Positions 31,747 to 42,349 are shown, counted from the first letter of the stretch. The stretch: DNA of 64,000 nucleotides from Candidatus Methanomethylophilaceae archaeon (GCA_944320495.1 CALUHR010000013.1:320001-384000); one strand, 5' to 3'. A program made the numbers and translations. The notes: a model not told the origin generated them from the letters alone.

Positions 31747-32541
31747 TTGTCATCCAAACCCTGGAGGGCCCTTCGGGGCCCTCCCACCATAATGGGGATC
31801 CTGAACGTGACCCCCGACTCGTTCTCCGACGGCGGCCTCTGGACCGATCCGACGGCGGCCGTCCGCCACGCGTTCGACATGGTCGACCAGGGGGCCGGCG
31901 TGATAGACATCGGTGCGGAGTCCACACGCCCCAACGCCTCCCCGGTGACCGCCCAGGAGGAACTGGCCAGGCTGGAGCCGGTCCTGAAGGAGCTGGCCCC
32001 GTCCGTGGACGTCCCCATATCGGTGGACACCATGAAGGCAGAGGTGGCCGAGCGCTGCATAGCCCTCGGCGCCACGATCGTCAACGACGTCCTCGGTCTC
32101 CGCGGACCGGGTATGACGGAGGTCTGCGCGTCGACCGGGGTCGACGTCGTCATCATGCATATGAATGGTATGCCCGAGTCCATGCCGGCGGCCATGGGCG
32201 ACGGATTCATGGACGAGATCAGGGGGTTCCTGGAGGCCCGCGCATCGTACGCCCTGGACGCCGGCATCCGCAGGGAATCCATCATCCTGGATCCGGGGAT
32301 AGGGTTCGGCAAGGATCCTGTCCAGAACTCCGAGATACTGGAGAACAGCTCGTATTTCTCATGCGGAGGGTATCCGGTTCTCTCCGCATCGTCACGCAAG
32401 CGGTTCCTGGCAACCCGCTATCCCGGCATGGACAGGGACGACGCATCCGCGGAGGCGGCGCTGGTCGCGGTCCGCTCCGGTGCCGCGATGGTCCGCGTCC
32501 ACGACGTGGCCCGCACCGCCGAGCTTCTGGGGGTCCGCTGA
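31747..32541 (+). CDS. folP: Dihydropteroate synthase
   Basis: IMGILNVTPDSFSDGG, DIGAESTRP, SVDT, LDPGIGFGK, SRKRF and RVHDV motifs. Confidence 0.93.
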   Translation: MSSKPWRALRGPPTIMGILNVTPDSFSDGGLWTDPTAAVRHAFDMVDQGAGVIDIGAESTRPNASPVTAQEELARLEPVLKELAPSVDVPISVDTMKAEVAERCIALGATIVNDVLGLRGPGMTEVCASTGVDVVIMHMNGMPESMPAAMGDGFMDEIRGFLEARASYALDAGIRRESIILDPGIGFGKDPVQNSEILENSSYFSCGGYPVLSASSRKRFLATRYPGMDRDDASAEAALVAVRSGAAMVRVHDVARTAELLGVR

Positions 32542-32545
32542 GGTC

Positions 32546-32773
32546 TCAGAGGTACTTCAGGGCGGTGCCGACGGCCATCACGATGACGCATACGATGGCC
32601 GCGGAGCCCCAGAACAGGTACTCCTTCCTCTTCTCCGCCTTCTCGCGGGCGATCTCGGCCGCCCTGCATTCCTCGTCGCAGAACTCCTGACCGAACGGGA
32701 CGGGGTCCCCGCAGAACTTGCAGTGGGAATGCTCGGGAAGTCTGAGGCCGCCTACCATGCCGAGCCCTATCAT
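32546..32773 (-). CDS. DUF2116-family Zn-ribbon membrane protein
   Basis: HSHCKFCGDPVP...FCDEEC followed by a single TM helix. Confidence 0.85.
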   Translation of the reverse strand: MIGLGMVGGLRLPEHSHCKFCGDPVPFGQEFCDEECRAAEIAREKAEKRKEYLFWGSAAIVCVIVMAVGTALKYL

Positions 32774-32856
32774 TCGCTATTAGATAAAATGTGACTGGTT
32801 AGATTATAAGCGGGCGCGGTCCATCCGTCGATGCCGCTCGGCGGCAGGAGATGCGA

Positions 32857-33090
32857 ATGAGGTTCACACTGCTGAACAGGAAGAGCAACGCGGCCATCAG
32901 GATGGACATGGATCCGTCCGATAGGGTCGGGGAGATAATGGAGACCGTATCCGAGGCATGGGGCTGCGGCAACATCGTCCTGAGGGACGGCTATTCGCTC
33001 CTGGAACCCGACAGTCTCACCGGCAGCTGCATCTCGGAGGGGGATCTCGTGGAGGTGCTCCCGGATCCGTTCCAGCAGCAGACGGTTTGA
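32857..33090 (+). CDS. Small protein, possible ubiquitin-like beta-grasp fold
   Basis: 77 aa with a beta-grasp-like pattern (MRFTLLN...MDPSDRVGEIME...ISEGDLVEVLP); no terminal GG. Confidence 0.55.
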   Translation: MRFTLLNRKSNAAIRMDMDPSDRVGEIMETVSEAWGCGNIVLRDGYSLLEPDSLTGSCISEGDLVEVLPDPFQQQTV

Positions 33091-33118
33091 AATAGGGGGT
33101 GGCTCTGGCCGGCGTCGG

Positions 33119-33472
33119 ATGACAGACAGCAGAGGAAGGATGGGCACGAGGGCGGAGGTCCTGTTCGGGGCCAACGCCATGATCTCGATCGCCGAGGCCG
33201 CGGAGCGGTCCCAGGCGCATGGCGGACTAAGAGGCGGATGGGAGTCAGATGCGAACGGTAGGTTCGCCAGGGTCGAAGGGGCCGGTGTGCCGGAGGTGGG
33301 GATGTACTTCCCGTCCGAGGGCACCGAGCCCGACGATTCCATGTGCGACATCCTGCGCTCGGCCATCGGGGAGGGAGTGCTGGTCGTCATCGATCCGTAC
33401 GCCGGGGAGTTGGCCGTGTACATCGTCGATGGTGACGGGTGCAGGACGGCCTCGGCGCTGGTCTCAGAATGA
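33119..33472 (+). CDS. Hypothetical protein resembling a degenerate MPN/JAB domain
   Basis: VGMYF at the usual VGWYHSH position and C-terminal LVVIDPYAGELAVY; the start may be 33140. Confidence 0.5.
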   Translation: MTDSRGRMGTRAEVLFGANAMISIAEAAERSQAHGGLRGGWESDANGRFARVEGAGVPEVGMYFPSEGTEPDDSMCDILRSAIGEGVLVVIDPYAGELAVYIVDGDGCRTASALVSE

Positions 33473-33474
33473 GA

Positions 33475-34020
33475 TCGGACCCAGATCGCGTGGCGGCGGC
33501 GCATGTCGTCCTCGGAGATCTCCTCGCGGGACATTATCTCGCTGACGATGCCGTCGAACAGCAGCAGCGCGGAGTCCTCGAAGACGGTCCCCAGGGGGGC
33601 CACCCTGTGCAGTCCCTCGCCCTCGGGAACGCTCATGACCAGGGACACGTCGGAGACGCGGGTCAGCGGGCTTCCGCTGGTGCCCGTTATGCAGAATATC
33701 TCGGACCCTATGCGACGGGCGATTTCCGCTGTCTGCACAACCGACGACGTCCTGCCGGTGTAGGATATGAGGAGGGTGAGGTCCTCCTTCCCGATTATGG
33801 GGGTGGTCATCTCGCCCACGAAATGCACGTCGAGCCCGAGCTGGACGAGACGCACCGCGAACATCTGGCCCACCAGCCCGGAGCGGCCGGACCCGTAGAC
33901 GAAGACCTTGCGATGGCTCAGGATCCCGGAGACTAGCTCCTCCCTGGCGTCGGCGTCGACCGAGCGGACTGCGGTCCTGCAGGTGTCCAGCAGGGTGTCC
34001 AGGTCGTCCAACTCACTCAC
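33475..34020 (-). CDS. hxlB: 6-phospho-3-hexuloisomerase (SIS domain); inferred to end at CGA 33475-33477
   Basis: FVYGSGRSGLVG, ISYTGRT and APLGTVFEDSALL motifs; ends MRRRHAIWV then CGA. Confidence 0.9.
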
Positions 34021-35056
34021 CGGCGGCAGCGGCCGCCGCTTCTGACTTGCGACGCTCCTTGAGCTCCTTCGCGGCCCTCTTGGTGAGGATCCTCTCCTGG
34101 ATGATCCTCATGTACATCGCGTCGTGCTCCAGCAGCGGGGACATCGAGATGACGGTGCAGTCCGGCCTCATCTCGGCCATGGCCTCGGCGAGGGGCTCGA
34201 ACTTCAGGTCGCCCTTCTTGATGGGCGTGAGCCTCTTCTCTCCCGCGTCGCCGTACTCCACGCCGGAGAACTCGGTGTGGAGGCCTCCCTTGGCATAGGG
34301 CTCGACGGTCTCGATGAGGTTGATGAAGTCGTCGGGCTCGATGAGCGTCCCGCCCGTGCGGGAGTGGTAGTGGGCGAAGTTGATGACCGGCACCGGTCCG
34401 CCGACGGCCTCGCAGATGTCGAGGACCTGCTCGAGGGAGCCGAAGACGTCCTGCTGACCGGTGATCTCGATGCCGAGCCTGCACTTAAGGCCGACGCCGT
34501 TCCACCAGTCCATGAGGGCCCCGAGGTTCTCGTAGATGTGTTCGTCCACGTAGTCCTCGGTGCGCTTGCCGTCGTAGATGCCCAGGTTCGTGACCACGAT
34601 GTCCCCGTCCAGGGCGTCCAGGATGATGCCGGCGTGCCTTATGCTGTCGATGCAGCTGAAGGCGAGCTCGTTCTCGTCGCCCAGGTCCATGTAGTAGGGG
34701 GTGTGGATGGAGAGCTTGACGTCCATCCTCTTGGCCATGTGCCCGATGCCCGCCAGGCTGCCGAAGGTGTCGGCGACGGGGGAGGGCATGAACAGGAGGT
34801 CGTCGTCCTCCTCGATCGGCTCGTTGGGGTCGCTGATGGGCTCCTCGTCCCTCAGGATCTCCACGACGAAGTCCTCCTCGATGTCGGAGATCGTCAGGCC
34901 GACCTCCTCGTCCTCAGGCGGGCGGGGGTAGACCCCTGCGCGTACCATCTGGATCTCCAGGGCGCTGAGGCTGAGGTTGTGAACGTCCTCTATGCCGTCC
35001 TTCAGGGTGCGCCCCTTGCAGGAAAGGGGGATGCCGGCGGGGCCGAACCTTATCAT
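34013..35056 (-). CDS. Endonuclease IV / xylose-isomerase-like TIM-barrel protein
   Basis: IRFGPAGIP, SIHTPYY, GIEITG, INFAHYH and EKRLTP...GDL motifs. Confidence 0.8.
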   Translation of the reverse strand: MIRFGPAGIPLSCKGRTLKDGIEDVHNLSLSALEIQMVRAGVYPRPPEDEEVGLTISDIEEDFVVEILRDEEPISDPNEPIEEDDDLLFMPSPVADTFGSLAGIGHMAKRMDVKLSIHTPYYMDLGDENELAFSCIDSIRHAGIILDALDGDIVVTNLGIYDGKRTEDYVDEHIYENLGALMDWWNGVGLKCRLGIEITGQQDVFGSLEQVLDICEAVGGPVPVINFAHYHSRTGGTLIEPDDFINLIETVEPYAKGGLHTEFSGVEYGDAGEKRLTPIKKGDLKFEPLAEAMAEMRPDCTVISMSPLLEHDAMYMRIIQERILTKRAAKELKERRKSEAAAAAAGE

Positions 35057-35211
35057 GGTGGCGGGCAACCTTACTAAAGTAGATAAGGGGTTCGTTGTGA
35101 CTTGGGCGGGGCGAGGGACCCGCCGGGATGTGGACGGTCGTCGCGTGCTGTTCGGAGCTTCCGCGGGACTCATCCAATATTATTAAAAACGGGATGGGGC
35201 TCGGGAAGCGT

Positions 35212-35814
35212 ATGAACACCGGCAGAGCAGTAGCCGTGGTAAGTGCCCTGCTGGCGATAGCCTCCCTGGCGGTGGCCTGGGTCCATTACGAGGGTATAAT
35301 GGCCATCGTGTCCTTCTTCGTGCTGGTGTTCGGCGTACTGGCATCCAAGAACTGCACCCTGAACACGAACAAGTTCATCCTGCTGGCATCCGTGGCATCG
35401 GTCGTTTGCACGGTCCTCTCCGTCACAGTGCTGGTGCAGGGGAACTTCTCCGACGCGGAGGGCACCCCAACCGTGACCTGGTTCGTGCTCATCGGCCTGG
35501 TGCACAGCGTGCCCGTGGTTCCCCTGACCTTCTCGGTGTACCCCATCATCGCATCGCTGTCCGGGGCGTCCTTCAACTGGGCCATCGTCCGCGGTCTGAG
35601 CCCCTTCATAGGGATGGGCATGGAGGTCCCCGGGTTCGTGCTGGAGTACATGTTCGAGGGGGCCGACAACTGGATGACCGACAACGGGTACATCCTGTAC
35701 CACTTCCTGATGACCGCGCTGGTCATGATCGTCTTCGCGTTCATCGCATCCTCGATCATGAGGAGGCACGGACTGGTCGTGACCGAGAGGGGGCTGGGTG
35801 AGCTGAGATGCTGA
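35212..35814 (+). CDS. Multi-pass membrane protein
   Basis: Five to six hydrophobic segments. Confidence 0.75.
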   Translation: MNTGRAVAVVSALLAIASLAVAWVHYEGIMAIVSFFVLVFGVLASKNCTLNTNKFILLASVASVVCTVLSVTVLVQGNFSDAEGTPTVTWFVLIGLVHSVPVVPLTFSVYPIIASLSGASFNWAIVRGLSPFIGMGMEVPGFVLEYMFEGADNWMTDNGYILYHFLMTALVMIVFAFIASSIMRRHGLVVTERGLGELRC

Positions 35815-36497
35815 CCGCCGAGCAGGATGCCAGGGAGAGGCGCGTCGCATGGGCGATGCTCATAGGATGTCCCCTGTCCTTCATGTTCATCTCCGTGTTC
35901 TCGTTCCTGGGCGTGGCGCCCGGGATCGAGGCAGGGCATCCTCCGATATACCTCATCGCGACTTGCATCGCATGGGCGATAGTGTCCGTGTTCCTGCCGG
36001 CCCTCAGGCTGCTGAGGCTGGTCTCCCTGCCCTCGGCGTTCCTGTTCGTGGTCTACGCGAACATGTACTTCTACGTGGTCTCGCTGAACGTCGGGCTGTA
36101 CCTGAACGTCAGCTGGTGGGGGGACATGGGGCATGTCATCTCGTCCACCATCGTCACCATGATCGTCTTCCTGGCACTGTGCATCATGGAGGTGTACTCG
36201 CCCGCCCACGTGACCTTCGGCAGGAGGGGAGGGATGGCGGCGATGCTGTTCTTCGTCGCCCTCAGCTTCGGCGGGATCTGGGAGATGATGGAGGGCTTCG
36301 CCGACTTCGCTGGGGGCGGATCCTACATGGTCTACGGTGCCAGCGACACCATGGGGGACCTCACCGCCGACCTGATCGGCGTGATCATCGTCACCGCCTG
36401 CGCCTACTGGTACCTCGGCAGGAGGGCCCCCGCCGACATCTGCTCTTCCATACGCTTCGGGAGGGGTGCTTTCGTTGTCAGGGAAGACGTCGAGCGA
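35808..36497 (+). CDS. Membrane protein (WDxxxH / ExxE / DTMxDL motif type); inferred to end at CGA 36495-36497
   Basis: WWGDMGH, GGIWEMME and DTMGDLTADLIG resemble a putative membrane metallohydrolase family; the protein-like sequence ends at VREDVE-CGA. Confidence 0.75.
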
Positions 36498-37785
36498 TCT
36501 CCGCACGGTCCTCTGGGGCGACGGCGCGGCGCGCACCAGGACGGTCATCGCCGTCCTGTTCCTCGTGGCATGCATCGGATATCTCGTCGCGGTCCACGTG
36601 CTCGGGATAGAGACCGAGGTCATGCGGGACCGCTTCTGGAAGAACGCCGAGCCCCTGTTCGACGGTATCGTGCCGGCCACCGAGTATCCCCCGCTGGCTC
36701 TCGTCTTCATCGCGATACCCAGGCTGTTCGGCTCCGACCCATGGTCTTACGAGGTCGCCTACGTGGCGATGATCTATGTTTTCATGGTCGCGGGCCTGTG
36801 TCTGGTGTCGAGGCTGGCCAGGGCCCTCGGCAGGGACGGGTCGGGCCCGATGGTCGCATATGGGCTTATGGTCCTCCTGATGCTGGAGTTCGTCCTGGAC
36901 AGGTTCGACATAATCGCCATGGTCCTCGCGCTGGCCGCGATGGTCCTCCTGGCGGAGCGCCGCACCGTTCCCGCCTTCGTCGTGCTGGCACTCGGCGTGC
37001 TCACCAAGGTCTACCCCGCCGTCTTCTTCCCGGTCATGCTCCTCGCTCTCCTCTACGACCGCAGGGTGAGGGACGCGCTGCACGGGTTCGCCGCGTTCGT
37101 CCTGACGGGATTGGCGGCGGTTGCGGTATGCGTGCTCATCGATCCTGAGATCATCACGAACTTCATCAGCTACAACGGGTTCCGCCCCCTACAGATAGAG
37201 TCGGTCGCCGCTTCCGTTATCTATCCGTTCTCCATGGTTGGCCTCACGGACGTCTGGATTCAGGGGTCTTCGCCCGAGAGCTTCTGGTCGGACAACCTCC
37301 GGGGTCCGCTGCCGGACGCCCTGGCGGACTGGATGCTGCCCGTCGCCGTCGCCTGCGTGGTCGCCGTCTGGATCGCCTACATGGTCCTCCGGTCCCGCGT
37401 CGCCGGCGACCACACCATGCGCCTGGCCTCCCTGGCGATGCTGTCCACGTTGCTCGTGTTCCTGGTGATGAACAAGGTCTTCTCGGCGCAGTACCTCATC
37501 TGGGCGATAGCCCCGCTCATGTTCGTCCTGCTGACGTCGCCGGAGGGGTCGGAGCGCCGCATCCTCCAGGTGCTGGTGCTGGCCACCCTGCTCACGCAGG
37601 TCGACTTCGTGTACAACGTCGGGTTCCTGGGCGGAGGCGCCAACATCGACGACCTCGGCATGCTCGTCATCCTGGCGAAGAACGCGGCGGTCGTCGCCGC
37701 GATGGTCCTGGCCCTGAGGTCCATGGTCTCGATGGGCCGTGGGACCGTCTCCGAGGACCGTCCCGGGCCGGTCGCCAACCCTTAA
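36466..37785 (+). CDS. GT87/DUF2029-like membrane glycosyltransferase
   Basis: EYPPLA, RFDII, LTKVYP, QIESV and NKVFSAQYLIW motifs; start uncertain. Confidence 0.8.
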   Translation: MLSLSGKTSSDLRTVLWGDGAARTRTVIAVLFLVACIGYLVAVHVLGIETEVMRDRFWKNAEPLFDGIVPATEYPPLALVFIAIPRLFGSDPWSYEVAYVAMIYVFMVAGLCLVSRLARALGRDGSGPMVAYGLMVLLMLEFVLDRFDIIAMVLALAAMVLLAERRTVPAFVVLALGVLTKVYPAVFFPVMLLALLYDRRVRDALHGFAAFVLTGLAAVAVCVLIDPEIITNFISYNGFRPLQIESVAASVIYPFSMVGLTDVWIQGSSPESFWSDNLRGPLPDALADWMLPVAVACVVAVWIAYMVLRSRVAGDHTMRLASLAMLSTLLVFLVMNKVFSAQYLIWAIAPLMFVLLTSPEGSERRILQVLVLATLLTQVDFVYNVGFLGGGANIDDLGMLVILAKNAAVVAAMVLALRSMVSMGRGTVSEDRPGPVANP

Positions 37786-37869
37786 ATAAGGGTACCAGAT
37801 AGGACGGACCGCTCTTCAGAGCCGATGAATGATGAAGGCGCCTTTGAGCGCCGGAAAGAGGTAATTGCA

Positions 37870-38235
37870 ATGTCCGTATACGTGAAGTTCGAGACACCCA
37901 AGGAGATTTCCGACAAAGCCTACTCCCTCGCCGAGATGGCCAGGGACGGCGGCAAGATCAAGAAGGGAACCAACGAGGTCACCAAGGTCGTCGAGCGCGG
38001 CAACGCCGCCATCGTCATCATGGCCGCCGACGTCGAGCCCCCGGAGATCCTGGCCCACATGCCCGCCCTGTGCGACGAGAGGAACGTCCCCTACGTCTAC
38101 GTCCCCAGCAAGACCGAGCTCGGCAGCGCCATCGGCCTCGACAAGCCCACCGCCTCCATCGCCATCGTCGATGTCGGAAAGGGCAAGGCCCTGTGCGACG
38201 AGATCGCTGCGGCTGTCAAGAACCTGAAAGCCTGA
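37870..38235 (+). CDS. rpl7ae: 50S ribosomal protein L7Ae
   Basis: IKKGTNEVTKVVERG and DVEPPEILAH motifs. Confidence 0.97.
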   Translation: MSVYVKFETPKEISDKAYSLAEMARDGGKIKKGTNEVTKVVERGNAAIVIMAADVEPPEILAHMPALCDERNVPYVYVPSKTELGSAIGLDKPTASIAIVDVGKGKALCDEIAAAVKNLKA

Positions 38236-38246
38236 AGGTGAACTGA

Positions 38247-38459
38247 ATGGTAGACACCGACAGCATACCCGCCGAGGTCGTCGAGGTCATCGGCAGGACC
38301 GGAATGACCGGGGAGGCTACCCAGGTCAAGGTCCGCGTTCTCGACGGACGCGACAAGGGCAGGATCATCACCAGGAACATCATGGGACCCGTCAGGATGG
38401 GCGACATCCTCATGCTGAGGGAGACGTCCAGAGAGGCCCGCAAGCTCGGAATGAGGTGA
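38247..38459 (+). CDS. rps28e: 30S ribosomal protein S28e
   Basis: [16 protein letters not shown] and LRETSREAR motifs. Confidence 0.97.
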   Translation: MVDTDSIPAEVVEVIGRTGMTGEATQVKVRVLDGRDKGRIITRNIMGPVRMGDILMLRETSREARKLGMR

Positions 38460-38464
38460 TTCGC

Positions 38465-38707
38465 ATGGTAGACACTACTAGGAAGTGCTCCTTCTGCGGC
38501 GCCCCCATCGAGCCCGGCACCGGGAAGATGTTCGTCAAGAAGGACGGGACCATCCTGTTCTTCGACACCAACAAGTGCTACAAGAACATGATCGAGCTCA
38601 AGAGGGTCGCCCGTACCACCCTCTGGACCGAGAAGGCCCACCAGGAGAAGGCGACCAAGCTCAAGGCCATGGAGAAGTCCGAGGCCGCCGCCGAGAAGAC
38701 GGAGTGA
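38465..38707 (+). CDS. rpl24e: 50S ribosomal protein L24e
   Basis: [21 protein letters not shown] motif. Confidence 0.96.
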   Translation: MVDTTRKCSFCGAPIEPGTGKMFVKKDGTILFFDTNKCYKNMIELKRVARTTLWTEKAHQEKATKLKAMEKSEAAAEKTE

Positions 38708-38712
38708 TCCCC

Positions 38713-39168
38713 ATGGCGATGGAGCAGACCTACCTCATGGTCAAGCCCGACGGAGTCCAGCGCGGACTCTGCGGCGAGATCGTCTCCCGCTTCGAGAAGA
38801 AGGGACTGAAGATCGTCGGCATGAAGATGATGACCATCTCCAGGGAGACCGCCGAGAACCACTACGGCGAGCACAAGGGCAAGCCCTTCTTCCCGTCCCT
38901 CATCTCCTACATCACCTCCGGGCCCGTTCTCGCGATGGTCCTCGAGGGAGAGAACGCCGTCTCCGTTTGCAGGGGCATGATGGGCAAGACCAACCCGGCC
39001 GAGTCCGCCCCCGGAACCATCCGCGGCGACTACGCCATGGTCACCGGGATGAACATCATCCACGGCTCGGACTCCGTCGAGTCCGCCAAGAGGGAGATCT
39101 CCATCTTCTTCAAGCCGGAGGAGCTCGTCACCTACGACAGGACCTCCGACAAGTGGATCTACGAGTGA
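38713..39168 (+). CDS. ndk: Nucleoside diphosphate kinase
   Basis: [17 protein letters not shown] and NIIHGSDS motifs. Confidence 0.98.
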   Translation: MAMEQTYLMVKPDGVQRGLCGEIVSRFEKKGLKIVGMKMMTISRETAENHYGEHKGKPFFPSLISYITSGPVLAMVLEGENAVSVCRGMMGKTNPAESAPGTIRGDYAMVTGMNIIHGSDSVESAKREISIFFKPEELVTYDRTSDKWIYE

Positions 39169-39232
39169 TTCCAAACCTCTTCCGAAAACCCCTTAACATC
39201 ACGTTTCATATTCATCAGCAGAGGTGTCCATC

Positions 39233-40981
39233 ATGGCGATAAGACAGCCCGTCGTCAGTGTTCTGGGTCATGTAGACCACGGTAAGACCAAGCTGCTCGA
39301 CCGCATAAGGGGCACCTCCGTCCAGGCGAGGGAGGCCGGAGCGATCACGCAGCACATCGGCGCCACCGAGGTGCCGATCGACCACATCTACAAGATGTGC
39401 GGCTCGCTAATCGGGAACAAGAAGTTCGACGTCCCCGGCCTGCTCTTCATCGACACGCCCGGACACCAGTCCTTCGTCACCCTCCGCGCCAGGGGAGGGT
39501 CCCTGGCCGACCTGGCCGTCCTCGTCATCGACATCCGCGAGGGCCTGATGCCCCAGACCATCGAGTCCATCCGCATCCTCAGGCAGTACAAGACCCCCTT
39601 CGTCATCGCCCTCAACAAGGTCGACACCATCGAGGGGTGGATCGCCGAGGAGGGGAGGCCGTTCGTGCTCTCCGAGAGGGTCCAGCAGGACCACACGAGG
39701 GCGGTCTTCGAGGAGAAGATGTACAACGTCATCGCCCAGCTGGCCCAGGAGGGCATATCCTCCGACAGGTACGACAGGATCGACGACTTCACCAAGGCCG
39801 TCGCGCTCGTGCCCATCAGCGCCAAGGAGGGCGAGGGCATCCAGGACCTGCTCCTGGTGCTCATCGGTCTGGCGCAGCGCTTCCTCGAGACCCAGCTCGA
39901 GAAGGGCGAGGGCCCCGGAAGGGGCACGATTCTGGAGATCAAGGAGGAGCGCGGTCTCGGCAAGACGCTGGACATGATCCTCTACTCCGGGACGCTGAAG
40001 AAGGGCGACACCGTCGCCATGGGCACACGCGGGGCGCCGGTGGTCACGAAGATCAAGGCCATCCTCAAGCCCAAGCCCCTGGACGAGATCCGCGACCCGA
40101 GGGACCGCTTCGACTCCGTGAAGGAGCTCCACGCCGCCGCCGGGGTCAAGATCTCCACGCAGAACTGCGAGGGCGTCATCGCCGGAGCGCCCATCATCGT
40201 CGTCAAGGGTCCGAACGATCCCGCCATCAAGGCGCTCGCCGAGGAGACGAGCATCAAGATCGAGACCCAGGAGAACGGCATCACGATCAAGGCCGACGCC
40301 ATCGGCTCCCTGGAGGCGCTGGCGTACGAGGCCAAGGCCCACGACATCCCCATCAGGAAGTACGGCATCGGCGAGATCACCCGCAGGGACATCGTCGAGA
40401 CTGCCTACGCGGACAAGAAGAACTGCGTCATCCTGGGATTCAACGTCGAGCTCTCCAAGGACGCAGAGGCAGAGCTGATGAACCACGAGGGCCTCAAGGT
40501 CCTTACCAACCAGATCGTCTACCAGCTCATCGACGACTACGTCGAGTGGGTCGACGAGTGCAAGAGGCAGACAGACACCGACAAGCGCTCGGTGTTCTCG
40601 TTCCCCGCCAAGTTCATGGTGCTCCCCAACTGCATATTCCGCGCCAGCAAGCCCGCCATCGTCGGCGTCCGCGTCCTGGCCGGGAGGATCAGGCCCGGGG
40701 AGACCCTCATCGGACCCGACGGCAGGGACCTCGGCAGGATCAAGAGTATCCGCATCGGCGAGGACGTACAGAGGGAGGCCAAGCAGGGCGACGAGGTCGC
40801 GGTGGCCATCGACGGCGTCACCGTCGGCAGGCAGATCGACGAGGAGTCGATAGTGTACGTCGACCTCATCGAGTCCGGGTACAAGCAGCTCCAGACCCTG
40901 GACCTCACCGCCGACGAGAAGATCGCGATGGAGGAGACCGTCGCCATCAAGAGGAAGGAGGAGCCCTTCTGGGGCATGTGA
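39233..40981 (+). CDS. infB: Translation initiation factor aIF5B/IF-2
   Basis: [23 protein letters not shown] and NKVD motifs. Confidence 0.98.
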   Translation: MAIRQPVVSVLGHVDHGKTKLLDRIRGTSVQAREAGAITQHIGATEVPIDHIYKMCGSLIGNKKFDVPGLLFIDTPGHQSFVTLRARGGSLADLAVLVIDIREGLMPQTIESIRILRQYKTPFVIALNKVDTIEGWIAEEGRPFVLSERVQQDHTRAVFEEKMYNVIAQLAQEGISSDRYDRIDDFTKAVALVPISAKEGEGIQDLLLVLIGLAQRFLETQLEKGEGPGRGTILEIKEERGLGKTLDMILYSGTLKKGDTVAMGTRGAPVVTKIKAILKPKPLDEIRDPRDRFDSVKELHAAAGVKISTQNCEGVIAGAPIIVVKGPNDPAIKALAEETSIKIETQENGITIKADAIGSLEALAYEAKAHDIPIRKYGIGEITRRDIVETAYADKKNCVILGFNVELSKDAEAELMNHEGLKVLTNQIVYQLIDDYVEWVDECKRQTDTDKRSVFSFPAKFMVLPNCIFRASKPAIVGVRVLAGRIRPGETLIGPDGRDLGRIKSIRIGEDVQREAKQGDEVAVAIDGVTVGRQIDEESIVYVDLIESGYKQLQTLDLTADEKIAMEETVAIKRKEEPFWGM

Positions 40982-40993
40982 CGGGGGTCTCCC

Positions 40994-42349
40994 GTGACAT
41001 ATCTCACGGTCCCGTTCTTCACCTACATATTCGCGGTGCTGCCGGTCTGGCTGCCCCTGCTGGCAACGGACCTGGTGGCGCTGTACATCCTCATATTCAG
41101 GGAGAGGCACGACCCGAGGACGCTGATATTCTGGGTGGCGGTGGTGTTCATACTGCCGTTCCTAGGCTTCCTCTTCTACCTGCTGTTCGGCTGCACGCTG
41201 TTCGTCAGACGGTGGGGCTCGCGGAAGGAGGCATCCGACAGGAGGTTCCTGTCGGGCGTCTCGGAGGAGCCCCCGGAGGACGGCCGCAGGCTGTCCAACG
41301 TGCTCTCCAGCGCCGGGGCCGACGTGTACACGTCCGGGAACGGCGTCAGGCTGTTCTGGGACGCTCCGGACTCCTGGGGGACCTGCATGGACGCCATCCT
41401 CGCTGCCAGCCGCAGCGTGCACATCGAGACCAACAGGCTCCCGGACGACCCGTCCCTGAGGGACATGCTGGCCTCCAAGGCGCGGGAGGGAGTCGACGTC
41501 CGCATCGTCACCGGGACCCGCGGGTTCGGGAGGACCCCCGGTCTCCGCGAGCTCAGGCGCGCGGGGGTCAGGTACACAACCTTCCACGGATGGTTCCTCT
41601 CTACGTTCTCGCTCAGGGTCGAGAGCCGCTGCCTCAGGGATCTCCTCGTGGTCGACGGCTCTGTGGCGTTCACCTGCCTCGGGTCGTCGATAGAGGTCGA
41701 GGGCAGGGCCGCATCCCGCCTGGACCGCAGGTTCCTCGCCGACTGGGCGTTCGCATCCGGGGAGGCCGTCGACGTCCACGAAGACGTCCAGTCCTCCGAC
41801 GGCGGGTGCGGGGTGCAGGTGGTCCCGTCCGGTCCCGATTCGTCAGGGATGGCCATGCTCCACGGGTACTCCGAGATAATATCGGAGGCGAGGGACAGGC
41901 TGTACCTCACGTTCCCGTTCCTGATCCCCAACGACGAGATGTACAACGCCATCAAGCAGGCGGTCATCGCGGGCACCGACGTCAGGATACTCATCCCGTC
42001 GGTCTGCAGGCACTGGTACCAGCCCTGGAACTCCCTTGCCGCCTCCAACCCGCTCATGCAGGCCGGCGCGAGGGTGTACTTCTCTGACACGGCGTCGGTG
42101 AGATGCCTCGCCGTGGCGGACGGCAGGGTGCTGGCCATGGGGACCGGCGTCTTCAACTCCAGGTCCCTGTGGGCAGACTACGCGGTGAACGTGGTCGTCA
42201 GGTCGGAGGATGTGGCCAGGGACGCCGAGAGGGCGTTCATGGCCGAGCTCGACGGTGCGGCGGAGTGCCTCCCGGAGGAGTACAGCCGCAGGTCCTTCGC
42301 GGATCGCATCAAGATTGCGGTCGCCAGGATGCTGATGTTCCTGAACCGA
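40994..42349 (+). CDS. Cardiolipin-synthase-like PLD-fold membrane protein with degenerate HKD motifs; inferred to end at CGA 42347-42349
   Basis: PLDc_N (RHDPRTLIFW...LPFLGFLFYLLFG), YTSGNGV, TFPFLIPN and GTDVRILIP motifs. Confidence 0.85.
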
